The notes: generated by a model from the sequence alone, not told the origin. DNA of 48,130 bases, filler included, from Jimgerdemannia flammicorona (GCA_003990765.1; 2 parts of 2 records of this genome joined end to end with filler, not necessarily neighbours in it), one strand, 5' to 3'. Shown: positions 37,001-48,130, counted from the first letter of the whole stretch. Translations and numbers: made by a program.

Positions 37001-37554
37001 CATTTGTCCTACTCATTCACAGAGCAGATGGATACAAAAACGGCTCCAATTGGTCGAGAGCTTGCTTTAGGTACTAATGGTTCTTCAATCGGATGTACGT
37101 TTTATTGAATGTTAAATATTAACGCCTTTTTTATCCAATTGTTCACTAGTCCGGATGGTCAATACGTGAGCGCAGGTTCCGCGGGTAAGTTATACGGATA
37201 GGAATTTAACGAAATAGAGAATATGTTGAGTGGTATATTTATTCTTACTGTTCATGGCGGTTTGGGTGTTGATTACACAGACGGCACCCTGTTCTTCTGG
37301 AATACCACGACAAGTCTAGTTGAGAAATCGGTGAAGGAACACATGTAAGTGGAGTTTCGTTACATCTCGGAACGTTAGGTCAGGAAATAGGATTGGGGAG
37401 CATAACGAAATCCTGACGACTTGTCAAAATTGTTATCGATTTCTACAGGAATGCTATCTGCGGCGTTTCATGGAGCCCCAATGGTTCACAGATCTTCAGT
37501 GCGGATAAAGATCGAGTAGTTTGTATGTGGGGCAGTAGCTCTGGCTCCACATAG
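34086..37554 (+). CDS. ATG16: Autophagy protein ATG16 with C-terminal WD40 propeller (ATG16L1-like), many short exons
   Basis: N-terminal DLLQKFEQRDRREHVF (ATG5-binding helix-like). Coiled coil with LHDELATVQLE...LEKENGQLLQRWLKKMNEEVEKVN (ATG16 motif). WD40 repeats ATGSSDKKVKVFD, GASNDNATRLWD, LTGHIGKVYTARF, SGHLDNNLRLWD, LTNSRDNTLKLIDLR and NWSRACFSPDG. Confidence 0.9.
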
Positions 37555-38359
37555 ACGTAGTTCTCGTTGCGGATGGTAGACACGGTAGGCCCGTATTAGA
37601 GCCATGTAGAGCTAATTGCCCGAGTAATGAAATTATATGATGCAACTGTAAACTGAACAGAGGTTGCCTTCATCTAAATAAATATACAAGAACATTCCAT
37701 GTAATTGGTGTTGGAATGTGGGTGTATTAATTATATTGTAGTGATCAGTAATATAGGATAAAAGCAACTAAAAATGTTATAAGAATAATAATAATAGTAA
37801 ATTATATTGAGATAACACTTTAGATTACTTTTATCTTTTATTTTAGATTATCTATTTTAAAATATATATTAGTATATTAATTATTATAATATAGCAGATA
37901 TACTGATAAAAGTGTGGCAGATTTCTTTATCTTGAATACTTGATCTTCTTTGACTTCTTAGAGTTCTCAGATATAGAGATGAGTGAGTTTGAAGTGTATC
38001 TACCTGCAGACTGACTAGTTTCTTGTCTTTTTGCTTAAACTATTTTGATTTAAGATTTGTTTACTCTAGATATTAGAGATATTTATACAAATTTGCTAAC
38101 TATATGAAGACTTCTTTTTCTATAAGTCATTTTATACAGTTGAGAGATCCATATATCTGTATAATCTATATAATTATAAGTTTCATATAACTGTGCAAAT
38201 TATATGTGGTGTACTGCAACAAAATCAGATAAAGTGAACTTTTGACATTACTTGCTTTTGCTCACCCCTTCCCACAACCTTTCAATTATTCAATACCCAT
38301 CATACACATACAAGTAAGCTGAAATATAACCCACAATTCTTTCTTTATTATTATCTCTT

Positions 38360-38390
<31 letters not shown>

Positions 38391-39255
38391 TAAAAAAAGT
38401 ATTATGACTAAAAAAGAATGTTTTAATTATAAAAATATCAAAGAAGGTTTGACCATTAATTGATGAGATGAAGAAGGTAGAGAACATATTAAATTCTGTT
38501 ATTGAGACTGTTCACAAAATTTAATGCAAAAAGAACTAGATGAAAAAACTACTAACTGAGAATGCAACAAAAAGAACCTTTTTAAGGAAGCTTTAGTTAA
38601 GGCTAAAAACAAAGAGAATTTTGATTGATCTTTTCAGTATAGAACTCTTAATCAAAAAGGTAGTGGTAGATGAGATAGAGTAACTACTTGGTGCCCATAA
38701 TGCAAAATAATTCTAGATTGAGATGTTACTGCTTATGAAAATAGTTGAGGACATAAATGCTCTCAATACTATAATTGTCACCAATAAATCAAATCTGGAG
38801 AACAAAATAAATATTTTACCTGAAAAGATAATAACACTGCTAGTTATATTTGTCCTAAAAATGCTGAAGAAAGTAAACTAGTTTGTTATATGTGATAATG
38901 CAATGGTATACAAAAAAGGTATGAGCAAAAGTTGAGTTTCTGATCTTAGTAGAAGCATTTTCTCTAGTATAGTGTTAAGATCAAATATTAAAGCTCATTC
39001 AGCAATTTCTACCAAAAGACATGCTAATAATTTATGAGAAATAACTAGAGAGGAATGATCAGATATCTTATCAGTTGCTAAGGATACAATTAACAAAATT
39101 AGTAAAGTCTATAACCCACTTAAGTACTGACTTAGTTTTGCAGTAGAAAGTTTGGAAGGTCAGAACTTACCTCATTTTTATATGTGAGTAGTCCTTAAGT
39201 ACAAAAAAAAATATGGAGTTATGGGATCCAAAGGAGCTTATGAATCAGCTATATC

Positions 39256-39615
39256 TAGTACTCCCAAACGAGTCGAATCAATTCGAATCAAATCGAATTG
39301 AGGGTTAAATGAGTTGAATCGAATTGAGGATCTGATTCAAACCCTAATTTTCAAAATGTAATAACTCAGCGTAAACTCATCCAAATCTAATGTACTTTAG
39401 CTTGTTAGAATCACATTAATACGGTGAATCTAACAAGCTAAAATACATTAAATTTGGATGAGTTTTCGTCGAGTTATTACATTTTGAAAATTAAGGTTTG
39501 AATCAAACTTGGACCTTTGATTCAATTTGAATCGAATCGAATTGGACCCTTGATTCAATCGAATCGAATCGAGTTTGGGCCAAATTTGATTCGATTCGAT
39601 TCGTTGGGAGCACTA
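39256..39615. mobile_element. hAT-type MITE, 360 bp, fold-back structure
   Basis: TIRs tagtactcccaa / ttgggagcacta. Exact 8-bp TSD gctatatc at 39248-39255 and 39616-39623. Subterminal tcgaa/gaatc pentamers. Long internal inverted repeat (gattcaaaccctaattttcaaaatgtaataactc ... gagttattacattttgaaaattaaggtttgaatc). Confidence 0.9.
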
Positions 39616-41150
39616 GCTATATCTGAACAAATAAAACTAACTAAAAATATCCTGCAACCAAACTCAGATAATATTATCATAGAAAAGAGTAAAGTAATTA
39701 CTAAACTACATTATGAAGTAAGTTTTGGATATATAATGTGACATTGGTTATGTATAATGAACTTCAACTGTACAGCTCAATGTGTGCCACTTGGTGAAGC
39801 ACATGATGGATGTGAGTGCATTTGCGATGGTTACAGATCGATGGTCACGTGATTGGGTCATTCAAAACATACAATAATAGTGGGACTTCGATTGTTCAAT
39901 GATGGTTCAATTGTTTAGTGGATAAGGGTGGTGAATAACTCAGTGGCAAACTTGAATTTATGTAGTAACAGTCTTGACTTTAAACGGTTTGTGGTGCAGT
40001 AGGTCAGGAAAATGGAGGTTGATGGCTCACTCATCTATCTTGACTTGTTAACTTGAGGGCGGGTTTACTGGGGTCCTTGGCAGTTGTTCTTGCTAGCTGG
40101 CAGGTCTTGTACTGGTATCCTTGAGTTCCTTGGCTTTTTGGGGTCTTGAATCTCGAATGGCGGCAAATGGTAGTCTCGAATGGCAGCAGTTCTTGAATCC
40201 TTGGCTGGGTCTCGAGTCTCAAATGGTGGTCGAATGGCGGCGGTCGGGTAACGCTTTCTTTCCGTGGCAAGAGAAAATTCTTTAACTCAAACCTTGAGCG
40301 ATCATTGCTCTAGTTATCTTATTCTCAGAATTTATCCAGTCTCTTAGAGGCAGTGTGTTTTCTCTGTAAAACTGTCTGACTGAGGTTTATTCACTCTAAG
40401 AATATGGGTTATTTATACAAGTTTGCTAGCTATGGGGGAGGAGGCACGACTAAGGCTAAGGTATACTACGTTGTAGCAAACTTCACTATGTTATTGGCTT
40501 ACACGATGCGAGGTGCAGGCTATTGTTTACTATGGATTGGGTTATAGGGGATAGTAATGCTGGATTCGGATGAGCTGACAAAATGCTGAAAATGGTGGTA
40601 CTGGGTAGCAACGCTGGATTTGGATGAGCTGACATGATATGATAATTGTTGCCAGCGGAGGAAGAAGGCCCAGCGGGAGCCAAGGGAGCGAACCCAGAGC
40701 CAGTGTCAAAGCGAATGGAAGACATGTGGAAAGGCATGTATAAGGGGGACGAACAAAGAACGTAACTGAAAATGCATCAGCTGTTTATTGCCACGTAAAA
40801 ACGTGGTCCTTATATACAAAATATGACATCCCAAAAGGGAGGATGCGCCACAACTCGGGGCGAACTGAATTAGGAACCACATGACCGCCGGAGATAGGCG
40901 GAGATAAAGGGGGAGCCAATCCCAGTTGCAGGATAAAAATCACAAACAAACACAAACAAAACAAATCCAAATCGAGATTAAAAAACATCTGCAGACTCCG
41001 GAGAGGTGAGCGTGAGTGAGGGGTGAGGCCGAAATGGAGCAAGCCGCAGTGAGCCCGAGCGAAGTGAGGGGCCGAAGGCAGCAGAGGGGAGCGGAGTAAG
41101 GCCGAGACCCCGGAGCGAGCGCGAGACCCCAGAGGGGGCAAGGATGTTTT

Positions 41151-43079
41151 TTAATCCTCTCCGGCAGAACCGGAGGCACCAGAAGGTGACGAAAATGCAA
41201 AACGAGAGCGATGGATTGAAGAAGAAACAGAAGGAAGACGCGAACGAGCAATTAGAGGGCGTCGGGAAAGAGAAGAAAGTCCATGGCATGAAAGAGAAGA
41301 GTGCAGGACGGTATCAGGGCGTTGAGCAACCCAGCGAGCACGATCAAATGGTACGACGAGAATTGGGGGTGGGAAAGAAGAGGGGGTACAGAGAGGGTAA
41401 GGGGGGAGAGAGGGAAGGGAGGGGGGATAAAGAGGAGAGAGAAGAGTAGAGCGAACAACAGACCATTCAACAGAAGCAAGCAGATCACGAACGATAGAAA
41501 TAGGGTAGGCACGACGATGGACCACGAAGTTGCCAAGAACCTGAACAGCAGACACCCAATCAGAACGACGGGAGCAGCAAAGTGCAAGACGATGAGCCTC
41601 ACCCCGAACATATTCAAGAAGAGTGCGACGAGGATGGTTGGACAAGAAGTCAGGGAACTGTTGGGAACGGGAAAAATGAGAATAAACAACAGTTCGGAAA
41701 GGAGAAAGAGAAATGGAAAGGTCCAAAAAGGGGATACTAGTCGTACCACACACCCAGGTAATAGAATGGTGGGAAGGGTAGATGCCCAGGAACACACTAG
41801 GGATATTAACACCAGCAACAGCGAAGACAATAAAGTCATCAATGTATCGGCGAAAGAAGATATCCCCAGCCCGGAATGCAATGGAAAGAGGTGAAGTAAT
41901 ATCACGTAACGCATGCAATTCGTGGGCCAGGCCAACGAGGTTGGCAAGGGTGGGGGCACAATTCGTACCCATGGCAATACCAGAAGTCTGGTGAAAGGAG
42001 CCAAGGGCCGACTCAAAATAATTGGAGCCGTAGACGAGGAGCGTAAGCTCAACAATGGAAGCCAGCGAAACCGGGGAATCCAAAGAAAAAACCAAGGAAC
42101 CCAAGAAGTGAAGGCAATTATCGATCTCATCAAAACGAATAGCAGTATAGAAGGAAGAGAAGTCACCAGAGGCCAAATGGGAAAAACTATAAACAGGCAC
42201 AATGGTGGAGCAGAGAAGGGCGAGCTCCTGAGTATCACAAAGAATAGTATACTCAGGCCCAAGATGGTGTTGTAAGAGAGCCATCCAGGAGAGAAAGAAG
42301 CGGGATAACCACTTCGAAATCTCGGTAGTAGGAGAACTGTAAGTAGCCATAATAGGACGCCAAGCCAAAATAGGCTTGTGAACTTTAGAAAGAGCATAGA
42401 AAACCAGAAGAGAAATATCCGGAGAGGACAAAGAGTCCTGGAAGAAGTTAAAAATGGGGTTCGTGAATGGGGAATCCGAAAGCGATCTAGCATGAGCCAG
42501 AGAAACCCGGAGAAGAGTGAGAACCTCATCCAATCCAAGAGCACTAGGCTCGTAAGCCGTGGCTCGAAGGAGGGCAGAAAGGCCATCAAGGTAGAGCAAC
42601 TTAGGAATAAGTGCAAAACTCTGATTCTTATCAGTGACTGTGAGCAAGTGCATAGGCAATTGCTTGACCGATTTAAGTGCGGTATGCACGGCATGGTCCG
42701 AAACCAAGCAAGAGCGAGCTCGTCCAGGAACAGACAGTGAGCAAGCCATGTCGAGGAATACGCAGTGTGAAGAGACATTGGGAGGGGGGACCCAATCGCT
42801 GGGAACAAAATAGCGAGAGGGCATCTCACCACGATCTTGAAAGAAAATGGCAAGGTCAAGAGCATGACGAAAACGTGTTAGACGAGCCAGATCAGTGAAG
42901 GAGAATTGTGAGGGAGTCGCAGGAAAAACAAAGCGAGGACCCAAGGATAAGGCAAAGACTTGAAGGGGAGAAAGGGGGCAGTCAGCCAAAGAAAAAGGAG
43001 GAGACAAAAGTGTTCCAAGAGAAGAGTAAACCCGAAAATTCAGAACAAGCAACTGGGAAAGGCAAAGGGGGGACAACAT
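41151..43079 (-). CDS. Penelope-like reverse transcriptase, 642 aa, open frame
   Basis: LSLGPRF, TDKN, FYALSKVHK...WRPI, SGDFSSFYTAI, NYF...FHQTSGIAMGTNCAPTLANL, RYIDD, IPFLDL, SNHP...GEAHRL...YP. No GIY-YIG motif at either end. Some conserved residues are mutated (ALSK versus ALPK in the second copy), so it may be inactive. Confidence 0.88.
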   Translation of the reverse strand: MLSPLCLSQLLVLNFRVYSSLGTLLSPPFSLADCPLSPLQVFALSLGPRFVFPATPSQFSFTDLARLTRFRHALDLAIFFQDRGEMPSRYFVPSDWVPPPNVSSHCVFLDMACSLSVPGRARSCLVSDHAVHTALKSVKQLPMHLLTVTDKNQSFALIPKLLYLDGLSALLRATAYEPSALGLDEVLTLLRVSLAHARSLSDSPFTNPIFNFFQDSLSSPDISLLVFYALSKVHKPILAWRPIMATYSSPTTEISKWLSRFFLSWMALLQHHLGPEYTILCDTQELALLCSTIVPVYSFSHLASGDFSSFYTAIRFDEIDNCLHFLGSLVFSLDSPVSLASIVELTLLVYGSNYFESALGSFHQTSGIAMGTNCAPTLANLVGLAHELHALRDITSPLSIAFRAGDIFFRRYIDDFIVFAVAGVNIPSVFLGIYPSHHSITWVCGTTSIPFLDLSISLSPFRTVVYSHFSRSQQFPDFLSNHPRRTLLEYVRGEAHRLALCCSRRSDWVSAVQVLGNFVVHRRAYPISIVRDLLASVEWSVVRSTLLSPLYPPSLPSLPPYPLCTPSSFPPPILVVPFDRARWVAQRPDTVLHSSLSCHGLSSLSRRPLIARSRLPSVSSSIHRSRFAFSSPSGASGSAGED

Positions 43080-43165
43080 GAGGAACTACTCAGGGTGCAC
43101 CAGAAGCGACGACGGAATCCGAGAAGGGATGGGAACACTGGGGGAGAACTATGCCAGGGGGAAGT

Positions 43166-44383
43166 TTAAGAGCGGGAGGTCTTCCCCTTCCCTCTGACTT
43201 TTTTTGAAGGTGGCGAACCCGACGAATGGGAGCACACCCCGTCAGAGTGCCAGACCTTGCGGCCACAGGCTTTCGTGCAGCCCTTACATTCAGGGGCACA
43301 GGGAGAGGAGGTGGAGGAGGAACCGGCAGAGGAGGCCGAAGGCGAGCGAGCAGCCGAAGGGGCAGCAGCACGAGGAACACCACCATGAGGACAGACGGAC
43401 TTGGCCGGGTGCCAGTAGGTACGGTGGAGGCGACCGGAGCAGACAGCACAGGGCCAGGCTCCGACGGGGTGAGAACCAAGTTGGCGGCCACGCTTGGGGG
43501 CAGGGGGAATGGAGGAGGAAGCCTTGGTGGGGGAGGGGGACCAGAAAGAGGCCGACGAAGCCTAGTTGGGCTTGGCGGGGGCCTTGGCGGGGGTCTTGGA
43601 GGAGGCCTTGGCGGCAGCAGCGGCGAAGGAACGAACCTCAGCATAAGCAGCAGCACGAGCTTCGGCGCAGATGGCCTCGGAGACCGAAACCTCGGGGGAG
43701 GTGGGGAGAGGAGCGGTGGCGGCGGCGCGAGCAGTGGCGGCAGCACGAGATGACTCCTGCTTGTGAAGGCGAGCAATGAAAGAGGTGCCGGCGAGGAGGA
43801 AGCGACGTACAGCATCGATGTTGGTGGCGACAGAAGGAACGTCTTGGATGGTGAAGCCGCAGAAGGGGGCAGCATCCGAAAGGCGAGAGGAGGCGAAGGC
43901 CACGAAAGCGACACAGGCACGTTGGAAGGAGGTGGAAGCAGTGGCGGCGGAAGCAGCGGCAGCATCAGTGGCAGCAAGCTTGGTGGCGGCAGTGGTGGCA
44001 TGGACCTCTTCGGAGAGGGCTTGGCGGCAGGCCTCAGGGAGAACGGAGTAGCGGATGGTGGGCGGAGCGACAACGTCAACGTCATGGCGGAGATGAGCCT
44101 CCTTGGCGGAGAGGGCAAGAACCGACCGGAACTGAGAGAGGAGCGGACAACCAGAAGGATGAAGGTCCAGGGGGAGGGAAAGGATGGTAGACGAGACGTA
44201 GGTCTTGAAGGAGACAGTGGCGGGGGTGAAGGCAGGGGGAGGGGGAGGAGGAAGTACCTCATCCATGAGCTCATCGACGAGGACGGAGGCCCCGAGGGCA
44301 GGCGGTACAGCAGCGGAGGAAGAAGGCCCAGCGGGAGCCAAGGGAGCGAACCCAGAGCCAGTGTCAAAGTAAATGGAAGATAT
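43166..44383 (-). pseudogene. PLE ORF1 (405 aa consensus; Ala-rich helical region plus Cys/His motifs), inactivated
   Basis: The start is ATG>ATA at 44383-44381 and there is a CAG>TAG stop at 43564-43562, judged against the plus-strand copy and the left pLTR. Confidence 0.75.
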
Positions 44384-45064
44384 GTGGAAAGGCGTGTATA
44401 AGGGGGACGAACAAAGAATGTAACCGAAAATGCATCAGCCATTTATTGCCATGTAAAAACGCGGTCCTTATATACAAAATACGATATCCCAAAAGGGAGG
44501 ATGCGCCACAACTCGGGGCGAACCGAATTAGGAACCACATGACTGCCGGAGATAGGTGGAGATAAAGGGGGAGCCAATCCCAGTTGCAGGATAAAAATCA
44601 CAAACAAACACAAACAAAACAAATCCAAATCGAGATTAAAAAACATCCGCAGACCCTGGAGGGGTGAGCGTGAGCGAGGGGTGAGGCCGAAACAGAGCGA
44701 GCCGCAGCGAGCCTGAGCGAAGCGAGGGGCCGAAGGCAGCGGAGGGGAGCGGAGTAAGGCCAAGACCCCGGAGCGAGCGCGAGACCCCGGAGGGGGCAAG
44801 GATGTTTTTTAATCTCGATTTGGATTTGTTTTGTTTGTGTTTGTTTGTAATTTTTATCCTGCAACTGGGATTGGCTCCCCCTTTATCTCCACCTATCTCC
44901 GGTGGTCATGTGGTTCCTAATTCGGTTCGCTCCGAGTTGTGGCGCGTCCTCCCTTTTGGGATGTTATATTTTGTATATAAGGACCGCGTTTTTATGTGGC
45001 AATAAACAGCTGATGCATTTTCGGTTACGTTCTTTGTTCATCCCCCTTATACATGCCTTTCCAC

Positions 45065-46282
45065 ATGTCTTCCATTCGCTTTGACACTGGCTCTGGGTTC
45101 GCTCCCTTGGCTCCTGCTGGGCCTTCTTCCTCTGCTGCTGTACCGCCTGCCCTCGGGGCCTCCATCCTCGTTGACGAGCTCATGGATGAGGTACTTCCTC
45201 CTCCCCCTCCCCCTGCCTTCACCCCTGCTACTATCTCCTTCGAGACCTATGTCTTGTCTGCCATCCTTTCCCTCCCCCTGGACCTTCGTCCTTCTGGTCG
45301 TCCGCTCCTCTCTCAGTTCCGGTTGGTTCTTGCCCTCTCCGCTAAGGAGGCTCGTCTCCGCCGTGACGTTGACGTTGTCGCTCCGCCCGCCGTCCGCTAC
45401 TCCGTTCTCCCTGAGGCCCGCCGCCAAGCCCTCTCCGAAGAGGTCCGTGCTGCCACTGCCGCCACCAAGCTTGCTGCCGCTGATGCTGCTGCTGCTTCCA
45501 CCGCCACTGCTTCCGCCTCTTTCCAATGTGCCTGTGCCGCTTTCGTGGCCTTCGCCTCCTCTTGCCTTTCGGATGCTGCCCCCTTCTGCGGCTTCGCCAT
45601 CCAAGACATTCCTTCTGTCGCCGCCGACATCGACGCTGTACGTCGCTTCCTCCTCGCCGGCACCTCTTTCGTTGCTCGCCTTCATGAGTAGGAGTCATCT
45701 CGTGCTGCCGCCGCTGCTCGTGCCACTGCCACCACTCCTCTCCCCACCTCCCCCGAGGTTTTGGTCTCCGAGGCCATCCGCGCCGAAGCTCGTGCTGCTG
45801 CTCGTGCTGAGGTTTGTTCCTTCACCACTGCTGCCACCAAGGCCCCCTCCAAGACCCCCCCCAAGGCCCCCGCCAAGCCCAACCAGGCTTTGTCGGCCTC
45901 TTCCCGGTCCCCCTCCCCCGCCAAGGCTTCCTCCTCTGTTCCCCCTGCCCCCAAGCATGGCTGCCAACTTGGTTCTCACCCCATCGGGGCCTGGCCCTGT
46001 GCTGTCTGCTCTGGTCACCTCCACCATGCCTACTGGCACCCGGCCAAGTCTGTCTGTCCTCATGGTGGTATTCCTCATGCTGCTGCCCCTTCGGCTGCTC
46101 ACTCACCTTTGGCCTCCTCTGCCGGTTCCTCCTCCGCCTCCTCTCCCCGTGCCCCTGAATGTAAGGGCTGCACGAAAGCCTGTGGCCGCAAGGTCTGGCA
46201 CTCTGACGGGGTGTGCTCCCGTTCATCGGGTTCGCCACCTTCAAAAAAAGTCAGAAGGAAGGGGAAGACCTCCCGCTCTTAA
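45065..46282 (+). pseudogene. PLE ORF1, second copy, one premature stop
   Basis: MSSIRFDTGSGFAPLAP... with TAG at 45689-45691 (CAG in the other copy). The frame continues through CAVC..H..H..C and CKGCTKACGRKVWHSDGVC to TAA at 46280-46282. Confidence 0.78.
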
Positions 46283-46368
46283 ACTTCCCCCTGGCATGGT
46301 TCTCCCCCAGTGTCCCCATCCCTTCTTGGATTCCATCGTCGCTTCTGGTGCACCCTGAGTAGTTCCTC

Positions 46369-48130
46369 ATGTTGTCCCCCCTTCGCCTTTCCCAGTTGCT
46401 TGTCCCGAATTTTCGGGTTTACTCTTCTCTTGGAACACTTTTGTCTCCTCCTTTTTCTTCGGCTGACTGCCCCCTTTCTCCCCTTCAAGTCTTTGCCTTA
46501 TCCTTGGGTCCTCGCTTTGTTTTTCCTGCAACTCTCTCACAATTCTCCTTCACTGATCCGGCTTGTCTAACACGTTTTCGTCGTACTCTTGACCTTGCCA
46601 TTTTCTTTCAAGATCGTGGTGAGATGCCCTCTCGCTATTTTGTTCCCAGCAATTGGGTCCCCCCTCCCAATGTCTCTTTATACTGCATATTCCTCGACAT
46701 GGCTTGCTCACTGTCCGTTCCTGGATGAGCTCGCTCTTGCTTGGTTTCGGACCGTGCCATGTGTACCGCACTTAAATCGGTCAAGCAATTGCCTATGCAC
46801 TTGCTCACAGTCACTGATAAGAATCAGAGTTTTGCACTTATTCCTAAGTTGCTCTACCTTGATGGCCTTTCTGCCCTCCTTCGAGCTATGGCTTACGAGC
46901 CTAGTGCTCTTAGATTAGATGAGGTTCTCACTCTTCTCCGGGTTTCTCTGGCTCATGCTAGATCACTTTCAGATTCTCCGTTCACGAACCCCATTTTTAA
47001 CTTCTTCTAGGACTCTTTGTCCTCCCCAGATATTTCTCTTCCGGTTTTCTATGCTCTTCCTAAAGTTCACAAGCCTATTTTGGCTTGGCGTCCTATTACG
47101 GCTGCTTACAGTTCTCCTACCATCGAGATTTCGAAGTAGTTATCCCGCTTCTTTCTCTCCTGGATGGCTCTCTTACAACACCGTCTTGGGCCTGAGTATA
47201 CTATTCTTCATGATACTCAGGAGCTTGCCCTTCTCTGCTCCACCATTGTGCCTGTTCATAGTTTTTCCCATTTGGCCTCTGGTGACTTCTCTTCCTTCTA
47301 TACTGCTATTCGTTTTGATGAGATCGATAATTGCCTTCGCTTCTTGGGTTCCTTGGTTTTTCCTTTGGATTCCCTGGTTTCGCTGGCTTCCATTGTTGAG
47401 CTTATGCTCCTCATCTGTGGCTCCAATTATTTTGAGTCGGCCCTTGGTTCCTTTCACCAGACTTCTGGTATTGCCATGGGTACGAATTGTGCCCCCACCC
47501 TTGCCAACCTCGTTGGCCTGGCCCACGAATTGCGTGTGTTACGTGATATTACTTCACCTCTTTCCATTGCATTCCGGGCTGGGGATATCTTCTTTCACCG
47601 ATACATTGATGACTTTATTGTCTTCGCTGTTGCTAGTGTTGATATCCCTAGTGTGTTCCTGGGTGTCTACCCTCCCCACCATTCTATTACCTGGGTGTGT
47701 GGTACGACTAGTATCCCCTTTTTGGACCTTTCCATTTCTCTTTCTCCTTTCCGAACTGTTGTTTATTCTCGTTTTCCCCATTCCCAACAGTTCTCTGACT
47801 TCTTGTCCAACCATCCTCATCGCACTCTTCTTGAATGTGTTCGGGGTGAGGCTCGTCGTCTTGCACTTTGCTGCTCCCGTCGTTCTGATTGGGTGTCTGC
47901 TGTTCGGGTTCTTGGCAACTTTGTGGTCCATCATCGTGCCTACCCTATTTCTATCATTCGTGATCTGCTTGCTTCTGTTGAATGGTCTGTTGTTCGCTCT
48001 ACCCTTCTCTCTCCTCTTTATCCCCCCTCCCTTCCCTCTCTCCCCCCTTACCCTCTCCGTACCCCCTCTTCTTTCCCACCCCCGATTCTCGTCGTACCAT
48101 TTGATCGTGCTCGCTGGGTTGCTCAACGCC
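46369..48130 (+). pseudogene. PLE reverse transcriptase, second copy, premature stops
   Basis: Same frame as the 642-aa RT, with TGA 46726-46728, TAG 47008-47010 and TAG 47137-47139. Retains ALPKVHK and YIDD. Confidence 0.85.

Larger units (their letters stand above)
40653..44814 (-). mobile_element. Penelope-like retroelement without GIY-YIG endonuclease (Coprina/Athena-like), with about 500-bp direct pseudo-LTRs at 40653-41154 and 44311-44814
   Basis: ORF1 plus RT ORF between two direct repeats that include the 5' UTR and first ORF1 codons, i.e. the partial-tandem pLTR arrangement typical of PLEs. Confidence 0.85.
44800..48130 (+). mobile_element. Second, inverted copy of the Penelope-like element (runs off the window end)
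   Basis: Reverse complement of 44650 leftwards to about 41320, differing mostly by transitions. Confidence 0.92.

Noticed and set aside
39961..40650. Possible solo LTR starting TGTAGT, and a 54-bp duplication at about 40555-40635
   Set aside because: No second LTR, TG...CA boundary with TSD, or PBS/PPT could be established.
45005..45030. cagctgatgcattttcgg as a hammerhead ribozyme core
   Set aside because: Lacks the CTGAnGA consensus and a downstream GAAA with pairing stems.
43090..46358. Long Pro/Leu-rich or Gly-rich ORFs (450 aa, 425 aa, 212 aa) overlapping PLE ORF1, and the 537-aa ORF overlapping RT
   Set aside because: Alternative-frame or antisense products of strongly pyrimidine-skewed, stop-poor sequence. 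A real overlapping frame is not strictly excluded.

Overview
Eukaryotic, intron-containing fungal DNA; gene content and style suggest an early-diverging fungus such as Mucoromycota (inference). An artificial N44-TTAATTAATTAA-N44 spacer at 24018-24117 splits the window. The left half holds the most interesting locus, a compact, intron-poor three-gene island at 7742-15388. It encodes a TPR-CHAT caspase-like protease (- strand, about 1135-1138 aa after splicing), a divergently transcribed 300-aa protein resembling the non-catalytic DUF4384-like C-terminal part of caspase-family proteins, and a 367-aa gasdermin-like protein with an acidic C-terminal tail. This is a candidate protease-gated cell-death/immunity module. 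It is flanked by decayed mobile DNA: a mutated IS607-type element (TnpA serine recombinase plus Fanzor2/TnpB), an L1/Tx1-type LINE relic and copies of a 1.2-kb SINE-like retroelement with 15-bp TSDs. The right half has three conventional spliced genes: a Sel1-repeat Dsf2/Nif1-like protein, a GT2 glycosyltransferase and a WD40-containing ATG16. It also has two hAT-type MITEs with 8-bp TSDs and a head-to-head pair of endonuclease-less Penelope-like retroelements hinged on a 14-bp inverted repeat. Repeats show strong C>T/G>A erosion. All family assignments come from motifs read by eye; no searches were run.
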